Assembly: GCF_036588685.1 (NCBI RefSeq)
Contig: NC_086376.1
Span: forward strand, 79,525,630 to 79,589,629
DNA length: 64,000 bases
Origin: Mytilus trossulus
Lineage: Eukaryota
Direction of reading: 5' to 3'
Part shown: positions 52,770 through 64,000 of the stretch, in pieces
How the letters are laid out: every line of letters begins with the position of its first letter
How positions within the stretch are numbered: position 1 is the first letter of the stretch
Notes under the pieces: model-generated
Databases searched by the model: none
What the model was told of the DNA's origin: nothing
The model's input: the letters and a program-made list of their open reading frames with translations, nothing else
Program-made: the position numbers and the translations under genes

Positions 52770-54786
52770 AACCAGATGCTCCGCAGGGCGTAGCTTTATA
52801 CGACCGCACAGGTTGAACCCTGAACGGTTGGGGCAAGTATGGACACAACATTCAAGCTGGATTCAGCTCTAAATTTGGATTGTGATTAAATAGTTGACAC
52901 AGCATAGGTTTCTGACACAGAATGAATGTGTTCTAATGAACTTATTTTTTTTGTTTTCTCTTAGAGCAATTCACTATGCTGTTGAATATTAATCCTCTCA
53001 AAAAAGTTTGAAGAAATTTTCTTTTTATTTATGAAATTTCAAATGAGAAAAATTGAACCCAATTTTTTAATCACATCCCCCTTTCCCTTATTCCAAAACT
53101 AACCTCAATTAAAATATTCTATTGGAGTTTGCAACAATAAATACTCATTTAAATACATCATAAAATATTAAGTGTAAAAAAACTGCGTGTTATCACTGAT
53201 TATTTAAAGATTATTTAAATTTATCAGTTGGTAGTAAAAAGTGAATATACATTGTATATTGTATATAACAAAGATTTAAGTTGATTCTGGACAAAGAAAG
53301 ATAACTCCAATTAAAAAAAAATCTTGCTATTGCACAATAATGTGCAATAAGATATTTCTTGCTTAATATTCTGGACAAAGAAAGATAACTCTAATTAAAA
53401 CAAAATTTGCTATTTCACAATATTGTGAAATTAAATATTTCTTGCCATTGCACAATACTGTGCAATTGAAAAGACTTGCTATTGCACAATACTTAATATA
53501 ATAATTTTAGATCCTGATTTGGACCAACTTGAAAACTGGGCCCATAATCAAAAATCTAAGTACATGTTTAGATTCAGCATATCAAAGAGGCCCAAGAATT
53601 TAATTTTTGTTAAAATCAAACTTAGTTTAATTTTGGACCCTTTGGACCTTAATGTAGGCCAATTTGAAAACGGGACCAAAAATGAAGAATCTACATACAC
53701 AGTTAGATTTGGCATATTAAAGAACCCCATTTATTCAATTTTTGATAAAATTTAATTTTGGACCCAGATTTGGACCAACTTGAAAACTGGGCCAATAATC
53801 AAGAATCTAAGTACATTTTTAGATTCAACATATCAAAGAACTCAACCGATTCATTTTTTGTCAAAATCAAACTAAGTTTAATTTTGGACCCTTTGGACCT
53901 TAATGTAGACCAATTTGAAAATGGGACCAAAAGTTAAGAATCTACATACACAGTTAGATTGGGCATATCAAAGAACCCCAATTATTCAATTTTGATGAAA
54001 TCAAACAAAGTTTAATTTTGGACCCTTTGGGCCCCTTTTTCCTAAACTGTTGGGACCAAAACTCCCAAAATCAATACCAACCTTCCTTTTATGGTCATAA
54101 ACCTTGTGTTTAAATTTCATAGATTTCTATTTACTTATACTAACGTTATGGTGCGAAAACCAAGAAAAATGCTTATTTGGGTCCCTTTTTGGCCCCTAAT
54201 TCCTAAACTGTTGGGACCTACACTCCAAAAATCAATACCAATCTTCCTTTTGTAGTCATAAACATTGTGTTTAAATTTCATTGATTTCTATTTACTTAAA
54301 ACTTAAGTTATTGTGCGAAAACCAAGAATAATGCTTATTTGGGCCCTTTTTTGGCCCCTAATTCCTAAACTGTTGAAACCAAAACTCCCAAAATCAATCC
54401 CGACCTTTCTGTCGTGGTCATAAACCTTGTGTCAAAATTTCATAGATTTCTATTAACTTAAACTAAAGTTATAGTGCGAAAACCAAGAAAATGCTTATTT
54501 GGGCCCTTTTTGGCCCCTAATTCCTAAAATGTTGGGACCAAAACTCCCAAAATCAATACCAACCTTCCTTTTATGGTCATAAACCTTGTGTTAAAATTTC
54601 ATAGATTTCTATTCACTTTTACTAAAGTTAGAGTGCGAAAACTAAAAGTATTCGGACAACGACGACGACGATGCAGACGACAACGACGCCGCCGCTGACG
54701 AAGCCGACAACAACGATGCAGACGACGACGCCAACGTGATAGCAATATACGACGAAATTTTTTCAAAATTTGCGGTCGTATAAAAA
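52770..54786 (-). mobile_element. Non-autonomous Helentron-like element, copy 2 (2.0 kb)
   Basis: Same termini and body as 49167-50990, one extra 160-bp core unit, interrupted GAC microsatellite. Confidence 0.9.
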
Positions 54787-55029
54787 GCAGCCGATATGAA
54801 ATTAAATTTGTAAAAGAAGAAAATAGTTTGAAAAAAATGTGTCAATGAAACAGCAATCCAAAGATGATGACTTAATACAATCAAGAGATTCTATTAACAG
54901 TATGACATTGAACAATAATATATTAAATCAGTTAAATGTCAAGAAATGGTCTGCCCTTAATTTGTCCTAAAAATCGCCTGCAGAAATAAAATCCTTTCAT
55001 TTAATAAACATTATCTACAATTCTTCTGC

Positions 55030-56180
55030 CTTCAATCATTCAATTATAAACCTGTGTCTGCCTAAAATCACTAAATCATAAACTGGGTCTGCCTCTAATC
55101 ATTCAATCATAAACTGGGTCTGCCTCTAATCATTCAATCATAAACTGGGTCTGCCTACAATCATTCAATCATAAACTGGGTCTGCCTACAATCATTCAAT
55201 CATAAACTGGGTCTGCCTACAACATTCAATCATAAACTGGGTCTGCCTCTAATCATTCAATCATAAACTGGGTCTGCCTCTAATCATTCAATCATAAACT
55301 GGGTCTGCCTCTAATCATTCAATCATAAACTGGGTCTGCCTACAATCATTCAATCATAAACTGGGTCTGCCTACAACATTCAATCATAAACTGGGTCTGC
55401 CTCTAATCATTCAATCATAAACTGGGTCTGCCTCTAATCATTCAATCATAAACTGGGTCTGCCTACAATCATTCAATCATAAACTGGGTCTGCCTCTAAC
55501 CATTCCATCATAAACTGGGTCTACCTCCAATCATTCAATCATAAACTGGGTCTACCTCCAATCATTAAATCATAAACTGGGTCTGCCTACAATCATTCAA
55601 TCATAAACTGGGTCTGCCTCTAATCATTCAATCATAAACTGGGTCTACCTCCAATCATTCAATCAAAAACTGGGTCTGCCTACAACCATTCAATTATAAA
55701 TCAGGGTCTGCCTCCAATCACTCAATCATAAACTGGGTCTGCCTCTAATCATTCAATCATAAACTGGGTCTACCTCCAATCATTCAATCATAAACTGGGT
55801 CTACCTACAATCATTCAATCATAAACTGGGTCTGCCTCTAATCATTCAATCATAAACTGGGTCTGCCTACAATCATTCAATCATAAACTGGGTCTGCCTC
55901 TAATCATTCAATCATAAACTGGGTCTGCCTCTAATCATTCAATCATAAACTGGGTCTGCCTTTAATCATTCAATCATAAACTGGGTCTACCTCCAATCAT
56001 TCAATCATAAACTGAGTCTACCTTCAATCGTAAACTTGATCTGCCTACAATCATTCAATCATAAACTGGGTCTGCCTCAAATTACTTATTCATAAACTGG
56101 GTCTACTTATTTATAAACTGGGTCTATCTCCAATCACTCAATCATAAACTTGTAATGCCTCATTCCTTCAATCATAAATT
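55030..56180 (+). repeat. 31-bp minisatellite (AATCATTCAATCATAAACTGGGTCTGCCTCT)n
   Basis: About 35 tandem units. Confidence 0.97.
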
Positions 56181-56370
56181 TTCTGTTTTCTTATTGGCTA
56201 AAAGCATAGGAAATCTTTTTTGATAAAACATTATATTCACAAAAAGAGGTTAATATAAGATTTGGAACAGTGTCCATGTACCTAAATATAGATTATTCAA
56301 GGTAACATCAATGACGTACGTATAGTAGTTTTTTTACGTCATGTAAATTCCTGTTTTTTCTTTTTCTTCT
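56174..56370 (+). repeat. Roughly 195-bp direct repeat, second copy at about 57097-57287
   Basis: ATTGGCTAAAAGCATAGGAAATC...TTACGTCATGTAAATTCCTGTTTTTTTCTTTTTCTTCT occurs twice. Confidence 0.9.
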
Positions 56371-56744
56371 TGATAACAAAAAATTGAGGCAACACTTGAT
56401 TTGTTCCTATGTCGGTAAAAGTTCTAATTTAGAACTGATTTCCAGTAGCATTTCATCAAAGAGATCACACTTACAGACTAACTGAAAGATATTGATTGTA
56501 AAGAGCAATAATAAGTAGATTAGTTTCCAGTGGGAAGGTACCTTAATATATATATACAATGATCAGTCAGGTGGAAAAAAAATGTTTTCCCAATGAAGGA
56601 AGGGGGTACAAATAAATGTTTACCACAATATTCAACTTTCTGACTTTTGTTTCCAATTTTAGATTTTTTTTGTAAATTAAGGGAAACAACCCCTATATAT
56701 GAAAAAATGTATCTCTGCTAATATCAACCTGTATGAGGGAAACA

Positions 56745-56842
56745 TAAAATTAAAAAAGGAAATGGGGAATGTGTCAAAGAGACAACAACCCAACCATAGA
56801 GCAGACAACAGCGGAAGGCCACCAATGGGTCTTCAATGTAGC
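56745..56842 (-). mobile_element. Family A 3' fragment
   Basis: GGAAATGGGGAATGTGTCAAAGAGACAACAACC...GGTCTTCAATGTAGCG, as at 12904-12991. Confidence 0.85.
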
Positions 56843-58559
56843 GATAATAACAGCAATAACAGTATGTTTTGATATGAGTAGCTTTTATGAATTTTTTATC
56901 ACCTATTTCACAATCCTATTTTACCATAACTGTGTATTATGCAGTACACAAATATTGTCCTGCATAACTCACCATGCTCACTATACTTGCTTTGTATAGC
57001 CGCAGGGAATCCTTTTTTTGTAATACCTAGGTGTTTACTAATTAATTATTTTACTCATTTTTGTATGAATGTCCAATAATCATTATCATTGTGACTATAA
57101 ATTTTCTATTTTCTAATTGGCTAAAAGCATAGGAAATCCTTTTTGACAAATCATTATATTCCCAACGAGAAGATAATATAAGATTTGGAACAGCATCCAT
57201 GTACCTAAATATAGATTTTTCAAGGTAACATCAATGACGTATAGTTTTTTTACGTCATGTAAATTCCTGTTTTTTTCTTTTTCTTCTAGTTTTTGGTGTA
57301 TCTATCATCTTGTTGTTTTCAGTAAACTTTATTAAAAATTTTTGACTCAGGCTTCAGTGATTCCCTAAACATGTATAATCAACCAAATTTCTCCACAAAA
57401 GGAGAGGGGGCAGGCTCCAAGTGCCCCCTGGATCTGCCTTTTATTTATCAATCTAAAGGAGTATATTGACCTCATACTTCATCCTCAGTCAATATCTTTT
57501 TTTTAGGTTTATATTTCCTTGTATCGACCTCATAGCTATACTTGTTTTAAGGAATATCAATCCTGAAAAGGTAAGCAAACTGTGCCTGACATTTAAAGAT
57601 ATCTGTCAATAAAACTTAGTAACATTTTTCCTATTGCTACCTCATTGTAAATAATGTCTGACATGTTGGCAACAGACACATGGATGGACGGACTATACGA
57701 TGGACGGACAGACATGAAACTGTATACCATAATACATCCCATAAATGGGCATATAAAATTGACACAGCAAATTAAAACTGAAGTATTATACTATAATCTT
57801 ATTTAATACATTTCAAGCAGAAATAACTATCATGCAAGGTAAAAATTTCTCTTGAATGAAATCAATTCTAGAGCCTCATGTGATGTATGTAGGAGGTGCA
57901 TATTAAAATATGATATAAATAGTAAAATAGGTCAGGATTTATGAGCAATCAAAGTCATGAATAACAATAATGTTAATTTACAGACAATTTATCTTGTCAG
58001 AATTATGCAGTTATGAAATATTGCTATTTGCTCTTTGTGTAGGGTTTAACAGATTTAATGATAACAGAAAACGTCATTGATAGTCTTATGTCATATGGTT
58101 ATGCTTTTTTGTTGTTTGTAGAATTTGAAGTTAATAATTTCAGATCTTTAGTAGTTTTTTTTTATCTAATGAATCTACAACTTAAAATACAGTTGTAAAA
58201 GACAATTTTGAGCTAACATATTACATAGACACATTTCTTTGATGAAGTTTGTACACTGTTCATTGTCTGTTGCTGTTATCATTGCAGTAAAAGCTGTACA
58301 CCATCTTTAATAAGTTGAGACAAGGACAGCAGCAGATATGTTAAAGGAGTATATTGACCTCATTCTTTATCCTCAAGTCAATATACTTTTTTTCATACTT
58401 TATATCCAAATTCTTAATACCAATTTAGCTCTTTTAGAATTAAGATTTTTACATTTGCCTTTTTTTTCTATTGCCATAAATTAATTACTAAATTATATCT
58501 TCCCTACTTAAGCAATGTGTCAAAGAATGGCACAACAAATTCAAAGGAAACAGAGACAT

Positions 58560-59700
58560 GTATCTGTGCATGCCAAAACAATGTCATTGTAAACATAGCA
58601 TGACAAATTAAAGACAATGTGTTACAGCATGACACAATAAAGTCAATGTGATACCGCATGACACAATGAAGACAATGTGTTACCGCATGACACAATGAAG
58701 TCAAAGTGTTAAAGCATGACACAATAAAGTCAAAGTGTTACAGCATGACACAATGAAGTCAATGTGTTACAGCATGACACAATGAAGACAATGTGTTACA
58801 GCATGACACAATGAAGTCAATGTGTTACAGCATGACACAATGAAGTCAAAGTGTTACAGCATGACACAATGAAGTCAATGTTTTACAGCATGACACAATG
58901 AAGTCAATGTGTTACAGCATGATACAATGAAGTCAAAGTGTTACAGCATGACACAATGAAGTCAAAGTGTTACAGCATGACACAATGAAGTCAATGGTTT
59001 ACAGCATGACACAATGAGGTCAATGTTTTACAGCATGACACAATGAAGTCAAAGTGTTACAGCATGACACAATGAAGTCAATGTTTTACAGCATTACACA
59101 ATGAAGTCAATGTGTTACAGCATGACACAATGAAGTCAAAGTGTTACAGCATGACACAATGAAGTCAATGTTTTACAGCATGACACAATGAAGTCCATGT
59201 GTTACAGCATGACACAATGAAGTCAAAGTATTACAGCATGACACAATGAAGTCAATGTTTTACAGCATGACACAATGAAGTCAATGTGTTACAGCATGAC
59301 ACAATGAAGTCAAAGTGTTACAGCATGACACAATGAAGTCAATGTTTTACAGCATGACACAATGAAGTCAATGTGTTACAGCATGACACAATGAAGTCAA
59401 TGTGTTACAGCATGACACAATGAAGTCAAAGTGTTACAGCATGACACAATGAAGTCAATGGTTTACAGCATGACACAATGAGGTCAATGTTTTACAGCAT
59501 GACACAATGAAGTCAATGTGTTACAGCATGACACAATGAAGTCAATGTTTTACAGCATTACACAATGAAGTCAGTGTGTTAAAGCATGACACAATGAAGT
59601 CAAAGTATTACAGCTTGACACAATGAAATCAATGTGTTACAGAATGACACAATGAAGTCAAAGTCAACAGAACAATGTGTTACAGAATTACACAATTGAG
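58560..59700 (+). repeat. 29-bp minisatellite (ACAGCATGACACAATGAAGTCAATGTGTT)n
   Basis: About 37 tandem units with degenerate edges. Confidence 0.97.
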
Positions 59701-62700
59701 ACAAAGCAGAACAAAGCCATGCCACATAGCTTGAGACATCAAAGGCAAAGCAAACAAGCACACATTTCTGTTTGAATAATAATACAACACAGCAACAATT
59801 GTGTATTGAGTCTTATGATGTTAAAGAGGCCACATCATTTAAGCATAATAAAAACAGGTTAAGACAACAACACAACAACATTGCATATTCAATAAATGGA
59901 TGTAAAAGAAGCCACAACATTTGCTTTTGGGTAAACATGTTGACAGCAACCCCACAACATATTGGAACCATGGATGTAAAAGCAGCCACAACATTTGTGT
60001 CTATCTTACCTGCTTCACTCTTCCACATCTTGATTCATAACCAAGTTCAATGGGCCTAGTAGAACTGCTAAAAATATAATATCTAAACATTTAATAACCA
60101 TACATCTCCTATTACAAATCCTAAAATTGTTTCAAGGAGAAAAGACAAATCAAAAGTGGACATGCTGAAAGTAATGTCTGCTTAACTAATTATCACTGTA
60201 TCATATTTTGAATGGTTTTAAATGATATTCAGGAAGACACAACAAAACTTAAAAGATGCTAAAGACCAAAATTAAACAATGACCCTGTACTATTATAGAC
60301 AGGGCATAAAAAACTTTTCTTTTGCATACATTGTACCAAGAAAGAAGGATCAAGGACAAAATTATGCCCTACACAAAAATCAGACTATCATGGGGGTCTC
60401 TAAAGTAACAAGACATAGATTAACTAACTGAGACTACTTGTTTCTGAATTATATAGATTTTAATAGTTAATGTTGTTGTTGCCACTTCCAGATTAGCATT
60501 CCTATTTCTAGAATTCTGTGAGACATTCATGACAGATTACACAAAAACTGCATCAATATATTCAGTCATTTTAACATTCCTATGCATACTTATAGGAATT
60601 GTATATCTAAAAAGGTTACAATGCCCCAAGCTCTGCTGAACAGATTATCTTTGTCGCCATTCTGTGACATTCATCACAAACAAGACAATAAAAAATATAA
60701 ATCTCTCAAAACTAAGATTTTTATAAATGGTACAAAATGTATTATTATCCCAAAAAGTGATATGTACATCAAGATATGTTGATTCTAAAATCCAAAATAT
60801 GGACACAAAAGTCTCAGCCAGTCTAGCTTCACAACATATTTACTTTTATTATTTTGTGAAAAGTTAATATAACTATTAAACAAATTGAGATAAATTATAG
60901 TGTAAAGTATTATACATTCCAATGCAAGGAATAGAGTAGAGAAAATTTCCAGTCCCAAGATTCAGTTCTCAAAATTTGAAATGTTTATATAAGGGTTTTT
61001 TTTATTTTATTTTCCATTTATTATATGATATGCATATAAATCTTATAAAAATAAATGTCTAACTATTGTATTCTTCTCTCTATAATTTATTTCTTAAAAG
61101 AACTCCTGGTACTTAAAGGAACTCTGTTATGTTATCCCACTAATCATAGACAGAAAGGTGATAAAACATGAAAAGACCTGCTATGTATCAGATCTCTATA
61201 TCTACATACATACTACAAATACAAATTCTCAATGATACAAGATTTATTAGCAAAATTTTCAAACGCCAAGACATTAATAAATAATATACCACCTATAAGT
61301 AGTATAAATGTTCACTTAAGGTGTTATAAGTCATATCTCAATGTCACCTGAAGCGTGAATATCTACCAGATCACAGTCTCAAGACGACATATTTAAGAGT
61401 CTGTTTGTCTGATACAATGATGGATTACTACAAGAATTTGTATGTTATGGTGAACGACCTTCCCCTTATTTTTCAAAAAATAACCTTAAGGTGACGACCA
61501 CCTTTGACATATATTTCTGGTGGTCTATAGAGGACCATTCTCCTACAATCTCTTCCTGTGACTACATACAAGACCTCTACAGGCATACAATACTTCCCTA
61601 TCAAGTCATGAGCTGTCAACATTTAAGGCTCCAGTCTGACTAACAAAAGGGAATATGGTAATATCTAATGCCTATAAATAGACTAGACCACAGTAATGGG
61701 AAAGGGTTCAAAAGCCTGGCCATATATTTTAATATGGAACTAAATGAGAGGCTACAACTCTTCCAACTTCTGGAGAGCTTACTGGTTGCATCCATACAAA
61801 AAAAGTTACTGTATATTTAATAACTTGAAAATTTAATGAAATATACACTAGGGTCACAGGCATGCATTTCTTTACTTTGAACATACAGCAACTTTCAGAG
61901 TGTTCCTCGTAGTTTTTATAGTAAAGTACATTTTTTTGGAATTTTAGTTTATTTCTGAAAACAGTTTTAGAGCATGCCTGAGTTTGTTCATAATGTTAGC
62001 ACTTTATAAATAGATCTTTCCAATATGTGTACATGTATTTGCAGTTTTCTCAATGTTATGGCATTTCATGTTTACATAGGCATATGGTTTGTAATGAATT
62101 TGCCCAGTGACTAATTTAATTCAAAAGTATCATTCTTTTCTGCATATCAATCAAAACACTGTTTTAGTGATGCATGTGAAAAAAAGAATCTGAGACTTGT
62201 TGAGTAGAATTAAAATTATTAGAACAATGTCCTTTAAAATCAAATTTAGTGTTTCAATCAAAACTTGTCTGCTACAAATTACTTGGAATTTTTCTAACTT
62301 ATAAGTGAGCAACAGTTTTTTGAAAATCTAAGAAAAAAGACTATTGATTATCTAATTAAATATTAAGAAAATTAAATTACTTGCTGCTTTTTTTTTAACA
62401 ACATAAGGAAAAGGAAGAAGGCAATTAGTGACACCTTTGTTAATGTGCTTTCTATCTACTTTTACCAAGTATGTATTGAATAAACCAACAGTTCTTCTAG
62501 TTCACTGACATGGTAACCAGTTGAGCGCTAATTGGTTAATGTCTGTGGTTGTTGCTGCACCCCCTGTCAATGTGCAGTTTCTAACCATGGTACCATTTCA
62601 ACCATGGTTAACCATATGCATAGTCAACAATCATCAGGTTGCATGGAGCACAGTACACTTCTATTATTGAAAAGAGCAAAAGGAAGGAACCAATAAAACT

Positions 62701-63644
62701 GGAAGTATTTTAAAATAGACCATACTTGATACAGTAAAACATCAACTTTACTATGTATTAGTCTTGTTATTTTTTTAATTAAAAAAAACAGGCGCAATTA
62801 AGTTCAAACAAGTCCAATTTTTTTCCTTATTTGTCAATTCATTTATTCTAATTTATTTGTTATAATTTATTCATAATATTCTGTTCCAAGGGACATAACA
62901 CAAAATATTTAAATGTTGTCTTTATACATTCCAATATAAATTTTATTTATGATGGAAAATAATTTATTTTTCTTGAAATAATGGTGTTTAAATTATGATT
63001 TATCACAAATCTGCAATGTATCATAATGAAGTACACTTAATTTTACCTTTCCTAGATGTGATGTGTACTTTTAATACAAAAATAAATGTGACAACTCGTT
63101 AATTGATACATAAATTTGTCAACACTCGCATAACTTATCTCTATGCCTAAAGGTTGTGTCATGTGCAGTGTGTTTGCATACAATGCACTTTTAAAAATAT
63201 AGAGTCACTCGATTCATCCTGATAAAAAATGAAATTTGATCAGAACTTGAACAACAGACTTTGGATTTTAATCATTCTTAAATATCAAAGTTCTTTTAAA
63301 TACTAATTATAAAGTAAGGATAACATTTTCTGTTTTTACACACTTTTTTTTTGCAATTAAGTTTCTCAAAAATGAAAATTTAAGTGCGAATCTGCCTAAG
63401 AATCAGGTGATAGTGAAAACATGACATACAAAGTCCTCATTTGAGTTCAAAATGTATATAATAATGATGCAAGAATAGAACATTTGTTTCCTTATTCCTG
63501 TTCTGGTATATCAAGATATATCATTTGGTTGAAATGTACTAGAAATTAACAATAAAGGGGAGCTAACTCAGTAATTTACAATCATTCTTACTAAAATTTA
63601 TCAAGACATTTCTTAATTAACCATAAACGCAGAACTAATAGACC

Positions 63645-63857
63645 TACTGTGGATGCATTAATATTCGTTGGATACCAATTTTCGTGGATTTCGTGGGTAC
63701 AGGAGAACCACGAATTTAAATGTCCAACGAATAACAAAATTTGCTAAAGGAATGAGTGTAGACTTTGCCAAAACCACAAAATTAAGTATCCACGAATATG
63801 TAAATTTTCCTCAAACCACGAAAATTGGTACCCACGAAAATTAATGAATCCACAGTA
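63645..63857. mobile_element. MITE with TA target duplication and TIRs of about 40 bp
   Basis: TACTGTGGATGCATTAATATTCGTTGGATACCAATTTTCGTGG ... CCACGAAAATTGGTACCCACGAAAATTAATGAATCCACAGTA. Confidence 0.9.
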
Positions 63858-64000
63858 TCATTTTTAACTCCTGATTAGGTTAACTTCAAAATAGGATAGT
63901 TTATAGTTGAGGATTTGTTTTGCCTTCTGAACTTTGTTGACCTGTAGTTACAGAAGAGTAATGTTAATGCAAGGGCGACTGTAAAACATATTTTTGATAC

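Overview
AT-rich, repeat-dense animal genomic DNA. The repeat families look like those of a mytilid bivalve (Mytilus-like); this is inferred from recalled repeat motifs, not from a search. Most of the window appears intronic to a minus-strand gene with a few small exons: 36139-36307, 34038-34147, an alternative first exon with CDS 8261-8398, and 5866-5940. These splice in frame to give 66- and 70-aa proteins with a shared C-terminus. The introns hold many minisatellite arrays (23-68 bp units), Helentron-type non-autonomous elements, MITEs, a LINE 3' fragment, a decayed Penelope-like RT and a complex inverted duplication. The most striking observation is that two related, abundant SINE-like repeat families each carry a circularly permuted (type P3) twister ribozyme fold (22257-22358 on +, 13126-13215 on -), with compensatory changes between the two copies. 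Decayed hammerhead-ribozyme relics are also present, suggesting a retrozyme-like system possibly mobilised by Penelope-like elements. Nearly all ORFs in the supplied track are spurious or repeat-derived.
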